Shown piece after piece: positions 1 to 8,997 of a stretch of 18,494 nt of DNA. The stretch is from contig CAJWHW010000033.1 of NCBI GenBank assembly GCA_913040915.1, positions 1 to 18,494 of the forward strand, read 5' to 3'. The notes under the pieces are model-generated. The model was given only the letters and a program-made list of their open reading frames with translations, searched no databases and had not been told where the DNA came from. The position numbers were made by a program, and so were the translations under genes. Numbering within the stretch: the first letter of the stretch is position 1; each line of letters starts with the position of its first letter. This stretch comes from an uncultured Fidelibacterota bacterium (lineage in GTDB: Bacteria > Fidelibacterota > Marinisomatia > Marinisomatales > UBA1611).

Positions 1-1266
1 ATGCATTTGATTAGCATCATAATTTGTTATACTATTTTGATGTCGTTCCTTTTGGGACAAGGTGCTATGAATGCATTTGGTCTTGGCCATTTTTACCATA
101 ATCAAGGAATTGTAAGTGCTGCAAACGGGGTTAATGATCTAGTTCCGGCCTTCCAGGATAAAATTTCATTATCCAATCCTTCAACATGGCAAAATTTAAA
201 ATACACTCATTTGTCTTTATCCTACAGTGGCGATAAAAATTCGTTCTCGAATCCATCCCTAATTAATGAATATTCAGGACTCTCCAATGCATATTGGATA
301 GTTCCTATCAAAACGAAATGGTCATTTGGTTTATCTATTAGACCATACGCAGATCAACGTATTTCAATTAACCAGTCAAGTGATAATACATTTATTGCTT
401 TTGGGGACACACTCAATCTGGTGCATTCTATTAAGCGTTCCGGTGGTATAATGTCATTTAAAGTTGGAACATCTTTTTTAGCATGGGAAAAGTTAAGTTT
501 AGGAATATCTTTAGATCTACTATTTGGATCTTCTAGACAGAGTGAGTTATTATTTTTTGATGGAAGTGCAATTATCCAATCTTCAAGAACTTTATATACA
601 GGAACCTTGAACAATTTTTATATAGCTTCTCAATTTGATAATAATAATTTTTATATGAGTTTCATGTATCCAACTAATTCATTGGATGGGCTCTATACTG
701 AAAGACATTTATTTGATGACTCAAACGGCAATGGATACCATGATTATGGTATCCCTGCTGATTTCCCATTTCCTGACAGTGTTACTGCTGAAAATGAAGA
801 AAGAATTTTCAATATTCATAAACCAACTCAGTTGTCTTTTGGTTATCAAACTAAATTAGAAAAACTAGCAACATTTTCAATCGAAGCGAGCAGTTTTATT
901 GATAGAGGCGACCCCACGCAAATCACTTTACCTGTAAATGATTGGATTGATGAATCAAATCAAATAAAATTATCGGTTACTCGATTTCCCAATGATTTAT
1001 CTTTGGACTTAATAGATAAGTTTTCATTCCGTATTGGGATAGTTGGGAAATCGCATAATTTAGCAGGCTCTGGGATGAATGTTGCAGAGTTTGGCGGTGC
1101 ATTGGGGATTGGTTTTAAATTCAAATTGACCGGTAACCAGATTGATCTAAACTATTACCATGGAAAGCGGGATTATTCAGAAACCTACGATACTGAAAAT
1201 ATACAACAAATTCAAATAGGTGTCAGTTTAGCTGACCTTTGGTTTGTAAAAAGGAGACAAAAGTAA
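1..1266 (+). CDS. Outer-membrane beta-barrel protein, FadL/OmpP1-like (FCB-type)
   Basis: Hydrophobic N-terminal signal, then 'NAFGLG' and 'SNPSTW' (hatch NPA-like motif), 'WSFGLSIRPY', 'SGGIMSFKVGTSF', 'LSLGISLDLLFG', amphipathic beta-strands and a C-terminal 'SLADLWFVKRR' of the kind seen in Bacteroidota FadL-like barrels. The start lies at the window edge, so it cannot be verified. Confidence 0.7.
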   Translation: MHLISIIICYTILMSFLLGQGAMNAFGLGHFYHNQGIVSAANGVNDLVPAFQDKISLSNPSTWQNLKYTHLSLSYSGDKNSFSNPSLINEYSGLSNAYWIVPIKTKWSFGLSIRPYADQRISINQSSDNTFIAFGDTLNLVHSIKRSGGIMSFKVGTSFLAWEKLSLGISLDLLFGSSRQSELLFFDGSAIIQSSRTLYTGTLNNFYIASQFDNNNFYMSFMYPTNSLDGLYTERHLFDDSNGNGYHDYGIPADFPFPDSVTAENEERIFNIHKPTQLSFGYQTKLEKLATFSIEASSFIDRGDPTQITLPVNDWIDESNQIKLSVTRFPNDLSLDLIDKFSFRIGIVGKSHNLAGSGMNVAEFGGALGIGFKFKLTGNQIDLNYYHGKRDYSETYDTENIQQIQIGVSLADLWFVKRRQK

Positions 1267-1268
1267 AA

Positions 1269-2546
1269 ATGACTAAAATCAAGTTTATTACGATATCAAT
1301 AATGGCATTATTCTTGACAATGTGTGTTCCTCCAGAAGGTGGTAGCGGCAGTGATCTAGCCAAAGATAGAGCTAGATTAGATTCACTTAGAGAACTACGC
1401 TGTCCCAGATTAATGAGTAGTGCTGCAGAATATTATCGTAACAGGGACTGGAAACAAACCATACGAATTTATAAAGAAATTACATCCCTAGATTGTGATG
1501 AATGGAATCCAGTTTATGCACCACCAAAAGAAATCTATCAATATTATGCTATTGCATATGAACAATTAGGACGTTTTGACAGCGCAGAATTTGTTCTACT
1601 AGATGGATTGCAAAAATTACCTAAAAGCGTTGACCTGAGAAAAAGATTAGCGTACGCATACAAGCGTCAGGGCCAAAAAGATAAAGAAATTATAGAATAT
1701 GAACGATTAGCAGATATGGTTCCGGAAGATGTATCAGTTATGAATGATTTATCTAAACTATACAAAGATAATTCTCGCTATGATGATCAAATTTATATTT
1801 TGGAAAAGTTATTAAAAATTGATCCAAATAATGAGATCGCCCAGAGTGAACTAGCTATGGCATTTGAAAGCAGCGGTAGAGATCCCCTCGATGTTTATCG
1901 TAAAAGATATGAAGATAATCCAGATAATTTGAGTTACGGATTGGACTATGCTGATCGGCTCGGGAATGTTGATCGTTTTGAAGATGCAATACCTATTTTG
2001 AATACAGTTATCAATCAAGATCCAAGTAGCAAATTAGCTTATCGAAAATTGGCAGAAGCCCATACATCGATTGATAACATGAATGAAGCAGCAAAAGCAT
2101 ATGAAGCGTTATTTAATATCGATCCTAGAGATTCTAGAATAGCAATCAATATATCTGACGTTTACCTTGAAGCAAATGAGTTTGGTAAAGCTATTCGCTG
2201 GGCGGATAAGGCAATTAGCCTTGATGGAGAAACAGGTACCGGATTTGGTCAAAAAGGTAAAGTTTATTACTATGGTTGGGATAATTTCAGGCAAAATCCT
2301 TTCACAATAGATGATAGGATAGTAGCTAAGTTGGCTTATAATTACTTTGTAAAAGCGGAAGCAAAAGGTTATCGTGGTTTTTCAAAACGGGTGTGGATGG
2401 AAGAGAATTCTAAAGATATACTCTATGGTAAAGCTCAATGGTTTATGGCTGAAGCAAAAGTAAAACGAGCTCGAAGTATATCTCCAGTATCAGCAGATTA
2501 TGATTGGGTGACGGAACCATTGAAAGCTGAATCAAATTGGAAATAA
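1269..2546 (+). CDS. Tetratricopeptide-repeat (TPR) protein, probable lipoprotein
   Basis: ATG at 1269 (2 nt after the upstream stop) is preferred over the track's TTG at 1239. Signal [19 protein letters not shown] followed by a G/S linker. Multiple TPR-like helical pairs ([66 protein letters not shown]). Confidence 0.8.
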   Translation: MTKIKFITISIMALFLTMCVPPEGGSGSDLAKDRARLDSLRELRCPRLMSSAAEYYRNRDWKQTIRIYKEITSLDCDEWNPVYAPPKEIYQYYAIAYEQLGRFDSAEFVLLDGLQKLPKSVDLRKRLAYAYKRQGQKDKEIIEYERLADMVPEDVSVMNDLSKLYKDNSRYDDQIYILEKLLKIDPNNEIAQSELAMAFESSGRDPLDVYRKRYEDNPDNLSYGLDYADRLGNVDRFEDAIPILNTVINQDPSSKLAYRKLAEAHTSIDNMNEAAKAYEALFNIDPRDSRIAINISDVYLEANEFGKAIRWADKAISLDGETGTGFGQKGKVYYYGWDNFRQNPFTIDDRIVAKLAYNYFVKAEAKGYRGFSKRVWMEENSKDILYGKAQWFMAEAKVKRARSISPVSADYDWVTEPLKAESNWK

Positions 2547-2547
2547 T

Positions 2548-3837
2548 ATGTCCTTCTTATCTCAGATAGATTCTGAATATTTTGAAATCCTAAAAAGGGA
2601 AAAGAGAAGAGAAGAATCCACACTTGAGTTAATAGCATCTGAAAATTTTACTAGCCGTGCAGTTATGGAAATGGCTGGTGAAGTAATGACTAACAAATAT
2701 GCAGAAGGATATCCAGGAAAACGATACTACGGTGGTTGTGATTTTGTTGATGAAGCCGAAAATTTAGCTCGAGAACGGGCTTGTGCATTGTTTAAGGCAG
2801 ATTACGCAAATGTACAACCCCACTCTGGTTCACAGGCAAATATGGCAGTCTTAATGACTTTTTTGAAGCCTGGCGATACCATCATGGGTTTAGACCTAGC
2901 TCATGGTGGACATCTAACTCATGGTAGTCCTGTTAATTTTTCTGGTCAGCTCTATAATTTTATTCCTTACCAAGTTTCCAAGAAAACAGGACGTGTCAAT
3001 TTTGATGCAGTGGCTACCTTGGCACAAAAACATAAACCTAAAATGATAATTTGTGGTGGAAGTGCTTATCCTAGATTTATAGAGTTTCAACAATTTCGAG
3101 AAATTGCAGATTCTGTCAATGCATACTTAATGGCTGACATTGCTCATCCCAGTGGGCTAATTGCAGCAGGGGCTCACCCATCACCATTCCCATATTGTGA
3201 TGTAGTTACCAGTACAACTCATAAAACACTTCGAGGCCCTCGAGGAGGAATTATCTTATTAGGAAAAGATTTTGAAAATCCATGGGGTAGGATTGCACCA
3301 AAGTCTGGTCGAATAAAGATGCTATCTGAATTAATTGATTCCACAGTTATGCCGGGAATACAAGGTGGTCCATTGATGCATATTATTGCAGCAAAAGGTG
3401 TCGCATTTGGAGAAGCTTTAAAACGAGATTTTAAAGATTACGCAAAATCTATTATCGATAATGCAAAACTAATGGCAGAAGAACTTAAATCATTGAATTA
3501 TAACCTTATATCTGGTGGAACAGATACCCATGTCATACTCATTGATTTATCAAACAAAAATATCTCAGGTAAAGCAGCTGAGAATGCGTTAGGCAAAGCA
3601 GGAATTACAGTAAATAAAAATATGGTTCCCTTCGATAAAAAAAGTCCTTTTATAACCAGTGGTATACGCATTGGGACACCTGCGATTACAACTAGAGGAA
3701 TGAAAGAATTAGAAATTAGCCAGATTGTTAAATGGATTGATCTTGTAATCCAAAATCCGGAAGACAATCAACTTTTATCAGATATATTTGCTGATGTAAA
3801 CGCCCTTTGTAGAGATTACCCTGTTTATCCTGATTAA
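2548..3837 (+). CDS. glyA: Serine hydroxymethyltransferase
   Basis: [41 protein letters not shown], the PLP-lysine motif [24 protein letters not shown] and [14 protein letters not shown]. Confidence 0.99.
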   Translation: MSFLSQIDSEYFEILKREKRREESTLELIASENFTSRAVMEMAGEVMTNKYAEGYPGKRYYGGCDFVDEAENLARERACALFKADYANVQPHSGSQANMAVLMTFLKPGDTIMGLDLAHGGHLTHGSPVNFSGQLYNFIPYQVSKKTGRVNFDAVATLAQKHKPKMIICGGSAYPRFIEFQQFREIADSVNAYLMADIAHPSGLIAAGAHPSPFPYCDVVTSTTHKTLRGPRGGIILLGKDFENPWGRIAPKSGRIKMLSELIDSTVMPGIQGGPLMHIIAAKGVAFGEALKRDFKDYAKSIIDNAKLMAEELKSLNYNLISGGTDTHVILIDLSNKNISGKAAENALGKAGITVNKNMVPFDKKSPFITSGIRIGTPAITTRGMKELEISQIVKWIDLVIQNPEDNQLLSDIFADVNALCRDYPVYPD

Positions 3838-3853
3838 CTTATAAGAGAATGCT

Positions 3854-4690
3854 GTGAGTAAGAGATTATTATTTTCCTGTCTTTCTCTATTTATATTTTC
3901 CTGTTCTCCAAAAGTAGTTCTATTAGAACATCCAAAAATCGTCTCTATATATTTTGAAAATAAAATAGAATCATTGGAAAAGAATGAAATAAATACCTTA
4001 ACTGGAAAAAGAAAAATTATAAAAGCTAAAGTTGAGTATGCTTTTGGTGTAATTATGGAAGAAAGTGACCGTTTAATAGATGAAGATTATTTTTTAGCGC
4101 TCCATGGATATAAAAAAGCGAATAAACTGTTTACTGAATCCAAATTATTATCTATTTCCATTTTAAATGAATCTTATCCAAATTTTAATGATTGGCTTAA
4201 AAATAAATCGGAAATTCAATTCAAACCCGATGATGTATATGATTTATATTGGCTAGCTGCCGCAATTGGTGGTGCAATTAAATCCAGTAGAGGAAACCCT
4301 TTTGAATTAGTAAATCTACCTACAGTGGGAAAATTAATAAAAACTGCTATTAAATTAGATCCTGATTGGGGACAGGGTGCATTATTTTCGGCAATGATGA
4401 GTTTTACAGTAACGAGGACAGATATAAGTGGGGATGCATTGGTAGATTCTACAAGATATTATTTTGATAGGGCTATTACAATCTCCGATAGTTTGGATGC
4501 AAGTCCATTCATAACTTTTGCAGAATCTATTTATAAACCATTGCAAAATAAGGAAGGATTTCAGATGAACCTGAATTATGTTTTGAGTATGGATGCAGGT
4601 AAAAATTCAAAATTTGAACTTGGAAATTTAATTGCACAAAAACGTGCAAAATGGCTGTTGTCTAAAACAAATGAATACTTTTTAGAATGA
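3854..4690 (+). CDS. tatT: TRAP transporter T-component lipoprotein (TatT, TPAT system)
   Basis: GTG start and lipobox IFSC. Motifs LYWLAAAIGGAI, LDPDWGQGA, YFDRAITIS and C-terminal NLIAQKRAKWLL..EYF match TatT. ATGA overlap with the downstream DctP-type gene. Confidence 0.8.
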   Translation: MSKRLLFSCLSLFIFSCSPKVVLLEHPKIVSIYFENKIESLEKNEINTLTGKRKIIKAKVEYAFGVIMEESDRLIDEDYFLALHGYKKANKLFTESKLLSISILNESYPNFNDWLKNKSEIQFKPDDVYDLYWLAAAIGGAIKSSRGNPFELVNLPTVGKLIKTAIKLDPDWGQGALFSAMMSFTVTRTDISGDALVDSTRYYFDRAITISDSLDASPFITFAESIYKPLQNKEGFQMNLNYVLSMDAGKNSKFELGNLIAQKRAKWLLSKTNEYFLE

Positions 4691-5661
4691 AACGAATAAT
4701 AATAATTTTTCTTTTTCTATCATCTATTGCATTTAGTCGGAAGATTATTGTGAAAATGGCAACTTTAGCACCAGAAGGTACAGATTGGCACGGTATGTTA
4801 ATAGAAATGGGTCAAGAGTGGAAAAAAGTGACCAAGGGTAAAGTGGAGTTACGGATCTATCCAGGAGGTGTCATTGGAGATGAAAGAGATATGGTGCGTA
4901 AGATGAGAATTGGTCAGATCCATGCTGCAGGAATTTCTACTGAAGGATTAACTGAAATTGATTCTGATTTTTCCGCATTTTATGTGCCTCTTGCTTTTCA
5001 AAATGAAGATGATATTAAACGTGTTCTTGAAGATATGTTACCATCTTTAGAGAAAAAAATTGAAGAAAAAGGATTTAAGTTATTATATATAGCTGATTTA
5101 GGTTGGGCATATTGGTTTTCTAATTCAAAGGTCAAAACTCCAAAAGACTTAAAAAATAAAAAAATATTTACGTGGGCAGGTGATTTTAAATGGGCAGAGA
5201 TATATAAAAAAGCAGGATTTAATCCCGTACCCCTAGCATCAACAGATATTTTATCCGGTCTCCAAACTGGACTAATTGATGCCATCTCTACCATGCCTTT
5301 GTATGCTCTAGCTCAGCAATCATTTGGTATTGCAAATCACATGCTAGATTTAAAGTGGGGAGCTTTAATGGCAGGAATCATTATTAATCAGAAAACCTGG
5401 AATCGAATTCCAAAAAAATACCATAATGATCTAATTTCTGCAGCTCAAGCAATTCGTAAAAAACACTTAGAAACTAATCGCACTGCTGAACAACAAGCGC
5501 TTGAAGCTATGAAACAATACGGATTAACCATTCATACGCCTTCAGATGATGAAGTTATTCAGTGGAAGTCAGAGGTAAAAAGAATGGAGCCTCATCTTCG
5601 CGGTAATGTGATTTCTAGTGAAATCTATGATCGTGTAGTGAAATTAACAGAAGATCAATAG
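4687..5661 (+). CDS. dctP: TRAP transporter substrate-binding protein DctP (TatP subtype)
   Basis: Signal peptide followed by KMATLAPEGTDW, IYPGGVIGDERDMVRKMRIGQI, TPKDLKNKKI and LSGLQTGLIDA. Confidence 0.93.
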   Translation: MKRIIIIFLFLSSIAFSRKIIVKMATLAPEGTDWHGMLIEMGQEWKKVTKGKVELRIYPGGVIGDERDMVRKMRIGQIHAAGISTEGLTEIDSDFSAFYVPLAFQNEDDIKRVLEDMLPSLEKKIEEKGFKLLYIADLGWAYWFSNSKVKTPKDLKNKKIFTWAGDFKWAEIYKKAGFNPVPLASTDILSGLQTGLIDAISTMPLYALAQQSFGIANHMLDLKWGALMAGIIINQKTWNRIPKKYHNDLISAAQAIRKKHLETNRTAEQQALEAMKQYGLTIHTPSDDEVIQWKSEVKRMEPHLRGNVISSEIYDRVVKLTEDQ

Positions 5662-5670
5662 TTTCCCACA

Positions 5671-7479
5671 GTGAATAAGATTAAGAACCACCTTATTAGT
5701 TATCTAAAAAGGGGTGAAGATACTTTAGCATTCATAATCTTTGTCACAATGACGCTCCTACCTGCAATTGAGACATTAACTCGAATTTTTAATACAAATA
5801 GTATTCCTGCCTCTCAAGTCTTAGTACAACATTTTACTTTATGGATTGGATTTATTGGTGCAGTATTAGCTACACGGCAAAATAAACTATTGGCCCTAAC
5901 TAAGAGTTCGCTTTTTGATCAGGCAGAAAAAATACATTTTGGAAAATGGATTGCTAAAGTTATTACATTCCTGGTGTTAGTAGCCTTAACCTGGGGCAGT
6001 TGGGAACTTTTAAAAGTTGAATTTCAATACCCAATTGATATAGCACCATATATTCCACGGTGGTTTGCCCAGATAATTATGCCATTGGGTTTTGGGTTAA
6101 TGGCACTTCAGGTTTATTTCAATAGTTATAAAAAAACTGTTCATAGAATCTCGCTAGTACTAATTGGGTTTCTATTTTCAATCAATACATTTACTGATAC
6201 ATTATTTGAAGTTGCTCCTGTTGTATGGATTGGGTCAGTAATTATTTTAACTGCATTGATCTATGGAGCACCTATTTTTGTTGGATTAGGTGGGATGGCT
6301 GTTTTGCTATTTTGGGTAGATTATACACCCATTTCTGCCATTCCAACGGAAGCATATCGAATTGTTGTGTCTCCCACGTTGCCAACAATTCCCTTGTTTA
6401 CATTGGCTGGATATTTATTAGCTGAAAGTAAAGCGTCTACTAGGTTGGTGAAAGTTTTCCATGAATTGTTTGGGTGGATTCCAGGTGGAACGCCTGTGAT
6501 TATAGTTGTTTTGTGTGGTTTTTTTACTGCTTTAACAGGTGGATCAGGTGTGACAATCTTGGCATTGGGAGGTCTATTATTGCCTCTACTTTTGAAAGAG
6601 GGATATAGTCGGATATTTTCATTAGGACTTATCACTGTTTCAGGTTCGTTGGGTCTTTTATTTCCGCCTAGTCTTCCTGCAATTATTTATGGTGTTACGG
6701 CCGGTATTTCAGTAAAAGATGTTTTCATTGCCGGATTAATTCCAGGCCTTTTGTTGGTTTTCATGATGTCTGCTTGGGCATTATATCAAGGGAAGAAAGA
6801 CAAAATTGTACTTAATAAATTTAATGTAAATGAAGCAATCAGTGTTTGTTTGGATACAAAATGGGAATTACTAATACCAATCTTGATTCTGTTTGGTGTA
6901 TTTGGTGGTTTCACTACATTAGTTGAAACGGCAGCACTAACTGTTTTATATGTCTTTTATATAGAATGTTATATTTACAAAGATATTAAGATTCAGGAAT
7001 TACCAAAAATTATAATTGATTGCGCCACTCTAATTGGTGGTGTATTAATTATTCTCGGTGTTGCTATGGGATTAACAAGTTATCTTGTTGATGCGCAAAT
7101 ACCAATTTTAATTCTTTCATGGGCCAAAGAGATGATTGCATCAAAATATGCTTTTCTACTCATGTTAAATATATTTTTACTTATAGTTGGCTGTCTAATG
7201 GATATATTCTCAGCAATCATAGTTATTGTTCCATTGATTGCACCTTTAGGTACATATTTTGGAATTGATCCTGTTCATTTAGCAATTATTTTTATAGCCA
7301 ATTTAGAACTGGGTTTTTTAACTCCTCCAGTTGGCATGAATTTATTTTTAGCTGCATATCGTTTTGATGAAGATATGCCAAAAATCTATCGTGCTACACT
7401 CCCGTTCTTTTTAGTACGGTTATTAGCTGTAGGTTTAATTACATATATACCCGTTTTAACTCTTGGATTGTTAAGTTAA
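5671..7479 (+). CDS. dctM: TRAP transporter fused small/large permease DctQM
   Basis: Very hydrophobic 602 aa protein. The N-terminal DctQ-like segment includes LWIGFIGAVLA and IPRW..QIIMP. DctM motifs: IPLFTLAGYLL, GSLGLLFPPSLPAIIYG, LFIAG-like VFIAGLIPG, GIDPVHLAII, ELGFLTPPVGMNLF. Confidence 0.93.
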   Translation: MNKIKNHLISYLKRGEDTLAFIIFVTMTLLPAIETLTRIFNTNSIPASQVLVQHFTLWIGFIGAVLATRQNKLLALTKSSLFDQAEKIHFGKWIAKVITFLVLVALTWGSWELLKVEFQYPIDIAPYIPRWFAQIIMPLGFGLMALQVYFNSYKKTVHRISLVLIGFLFSINTFTDTLFEVAPVVWIGSVIILTALIYGAPIFVGLGGMAVLLFWVDYTPISAIPTEAYRIVVSPTLPTIPLFTLAGYLLAESKASTRLVKVFHELFGWIPGGTPVIIVVLCGFFTALTGGSGVTILALGGLLLPLLLKEGYSRIFSLGLITVSGSLGLLFPPSLPAIIYGVTAGISVKDVFIAGLIPGLLLVFMMSAWALYQGKKDKIVLNKFNVNEAISVCLDTKWELLIPILILFGVFGGFTTLVETAALTVLYVFYIECYIYKDIKIQELPKIIIDCATLIGGVLIILGVAMGLTSYLVDAQIPILILSWAKEMIASKYAFLLMLNIFLLIVGCLMDIFSAIIVIVPLIAPLGTYFGIDPVHLAIIFIANLELGFLTPPVGMNLFLAAYRFDEDMPKIYRATLPFFLVRLLAVGLITYIPVLTLGLLS

Positions 7480-7585
7480 TAAGGAACATTTTTAGGGCGA
7501 ATTCATTTCTTGTATATGAAAGTTATGAGAAGATATATTTGCCGTCAAATAACTGGAGCTAATCAATACCTTAAACGTTATCAAT

Positions 7586-7628
7586 TTGCTCTTGAAAAGA
7601 GCAGTTTTTATCATTAAATACTTAGGAG
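7586..7628 (+). promoter_or_regulatory. Candidate sigma70-type promoter and Shine-Dalgarno for the porV gene run
   Basis: TTGCTC (7586-7591), 17 bp spacer, TATCAT (7609-7614). AGGAG at 7624-7628 lies 7 nt before ATG 7636. This is the only sizeable intergenic gap in the + strand run. Confidence 0.4.
7587..7609 (+). terminator. Possible intrinsic terminator (or operator palindrome) downstream of dctQM
   Basis: Perfect inverted repeat TGCTCTT-GAA-AAGAGCA (7587-7603) followed by GTTTTT. Confidence 0.35.
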
Positions 7629-7635
7629 ACGTTCA

Positions 7636-8985
7636 ATGAAGCGTTTAGGGATCAGATTGTCCTTACTGGCAATCCTCATTAATCCGATTTTTGCACAAAG
7701 CGAAGCAGGTGCAATATTTTTATTAATTGCACCTGGTGCTCGTGCCGGTGGTATGGGTGAAGCTCAGGTAGCTATCGCAAATGATGCCTACGCCAGTTAC
7801 TGGAATCCTGCGGGGTTAGGGTTTCTTGAAGGTCAAGAGCTGGCTATGATGCATGTAAATTGGTTGCCAGGTCTAGCTGATGATCTATATTATGAATTTT
7901 TTGCTTTTCGTAAAAAATATCCCACATTAGGCACTATTGGTGGACACTTAATTTTTTTAAATCTTGGTGAACAGATAAGAACCAGTGAAACCGGTGATGA
8001 ATTAGGTACATTTACAAGTTACATGTCCGCTTTTTCTCTTTCCTACAGTGCTTTAATTTCTGCCACACAATCTTTTGGTATCAATGCAAAAGTTTCTTAC
8101 CAACACCTAGTTGAAATCGGTGCTGGAAGCGAGAAGGGAAAAGGTACATCAACGGATTTTGGATTTGATATTGGTTATATGCATAAAGAATGGTTTCTTC
8201 CAAAATTAACCATTGGAATAAATCTTTCAAATTTAGGGCCAAAAGTTTCTTTTATTGATCCAGATCAAGCAGATCCTCAACCAACTAACTTAACCTTGGG
8301 GTTGCATTACGCATTAGTTCAGAGTGAGTTCAACAAACTTAGTATTGTTTATGATGTAGATAAACTTCTTGTTTCATCATATCCTGATATGGATTGGGAT
8401 GGTGACGGCTATATTGGTGGTTATGATGAAGATGGTAATGTGAGCCCTGGAAATGATTATAATAAAGATGGTAAACTGGAAATTGCACATACAGATCCGA
8501 TCTATAAGGCTATTTTTACTTCCTGGGTAAATGATTGGCTACTGGGTGGTGATATGGATTATGGACCTGATGGTGCTGGTAATGGAGATAAAATGATTGG
8601 TGGTTATAAATGGGATGATCTAGATGGTGATGGAAAAATTGATTTGAGTGATGATGAGATTATTAAATCTGGTGATAACCCTGGAGATGATGACTGGGGG
8701 GAATATAATGAATACGGGGAGAAGGAGGTTGGGAACTCTAAAAAAAGATCCTTAACCAATGAATTAGATCGTCTTGTTCATAATATTGGGTTTGAGTATT
8801 GGTATGGAAAATATTTTGCTATTCGTTCAGGCTTTTATTATGATAAGATAGGAAAAATAAGTAATCCCACTTTTGGTATTGGTCTTCGTTTTGCAGGGTA
8901 TGGATTCGATTTTGGCTATACCTACGGTGAAACAGGACACCCATTAACTAATACGATGCGATTTTCTCTCAATATGGAATTCTAA
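7636..8985 (+). CDS. porV: PorV/PorQ-family outer-membrane beta-barrel (type IX secretion shuttle-like) with acidic loop insertions
   Basis: Signal peptide, FLLIAPGARAGGMGEA, YWNPAGL, WLPGLADDLYY, NLSNLGPKVSF, PTNLTLG, DVDKLLV, GFEYWY..FAIRSGF, and C-terminal HPLTNTMRFSLNMEF ending in Phe. Confidence 0.88.
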   Translation: MKRLGIRLSLLAILINPIFAQSEAGAIFLLIAPGARAGGMGEAQVAIANDAYASYWNPAGLGFLEGQELAMMHVNWLPGLADDLYYEFFAFRKKYPTLGTIGGHLIFLNLGEQIRTSETGDELGTFTSYMSAFSLSYSALISATQSFGINAKVSYQHLVEIGAGSEKGKGTSTDFGFDIGYMHKEWFLPKLTIGINLSNLGPKVSFIDPDQADPQPTNLTLGLHYALVQSEFNKLSIVYDVDKLLVSSYPDMDWDGDGYIGGYDEDGNVSPGNDYNKDGKLEIAHTDPIYKAIFTSWVNDWLLGGDMDYGPDGAGNGDKMIGGYKWDDLDGDGKIDLSDDEIIKSGDNPGDDDWGEYNEYGEKEVGNSKKRSLTNELDRLVHNIGFEYWYGKYFAIRSGFYYDKIGKISNPTFGIGLRFAGYGFDFGYTYGETGHPLTNTMRFSLNMEF

Positions 8986-8997
8986 AAACCACTATTC

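Noticed and set aside
1239..1268. Track start (TTG) for the TPR protein
   Set aside because: It overlaps the upstream gene, and ATG 1269 gives a clean signal peptide.
8386..8730. GAT/GGT-rich stretch as a DNA repeat array or RTX repeats
   Set aside because: There is no regular period or spacer structure and no GGxGxDxL nonapeptides; Asp/Gly codons explain it.
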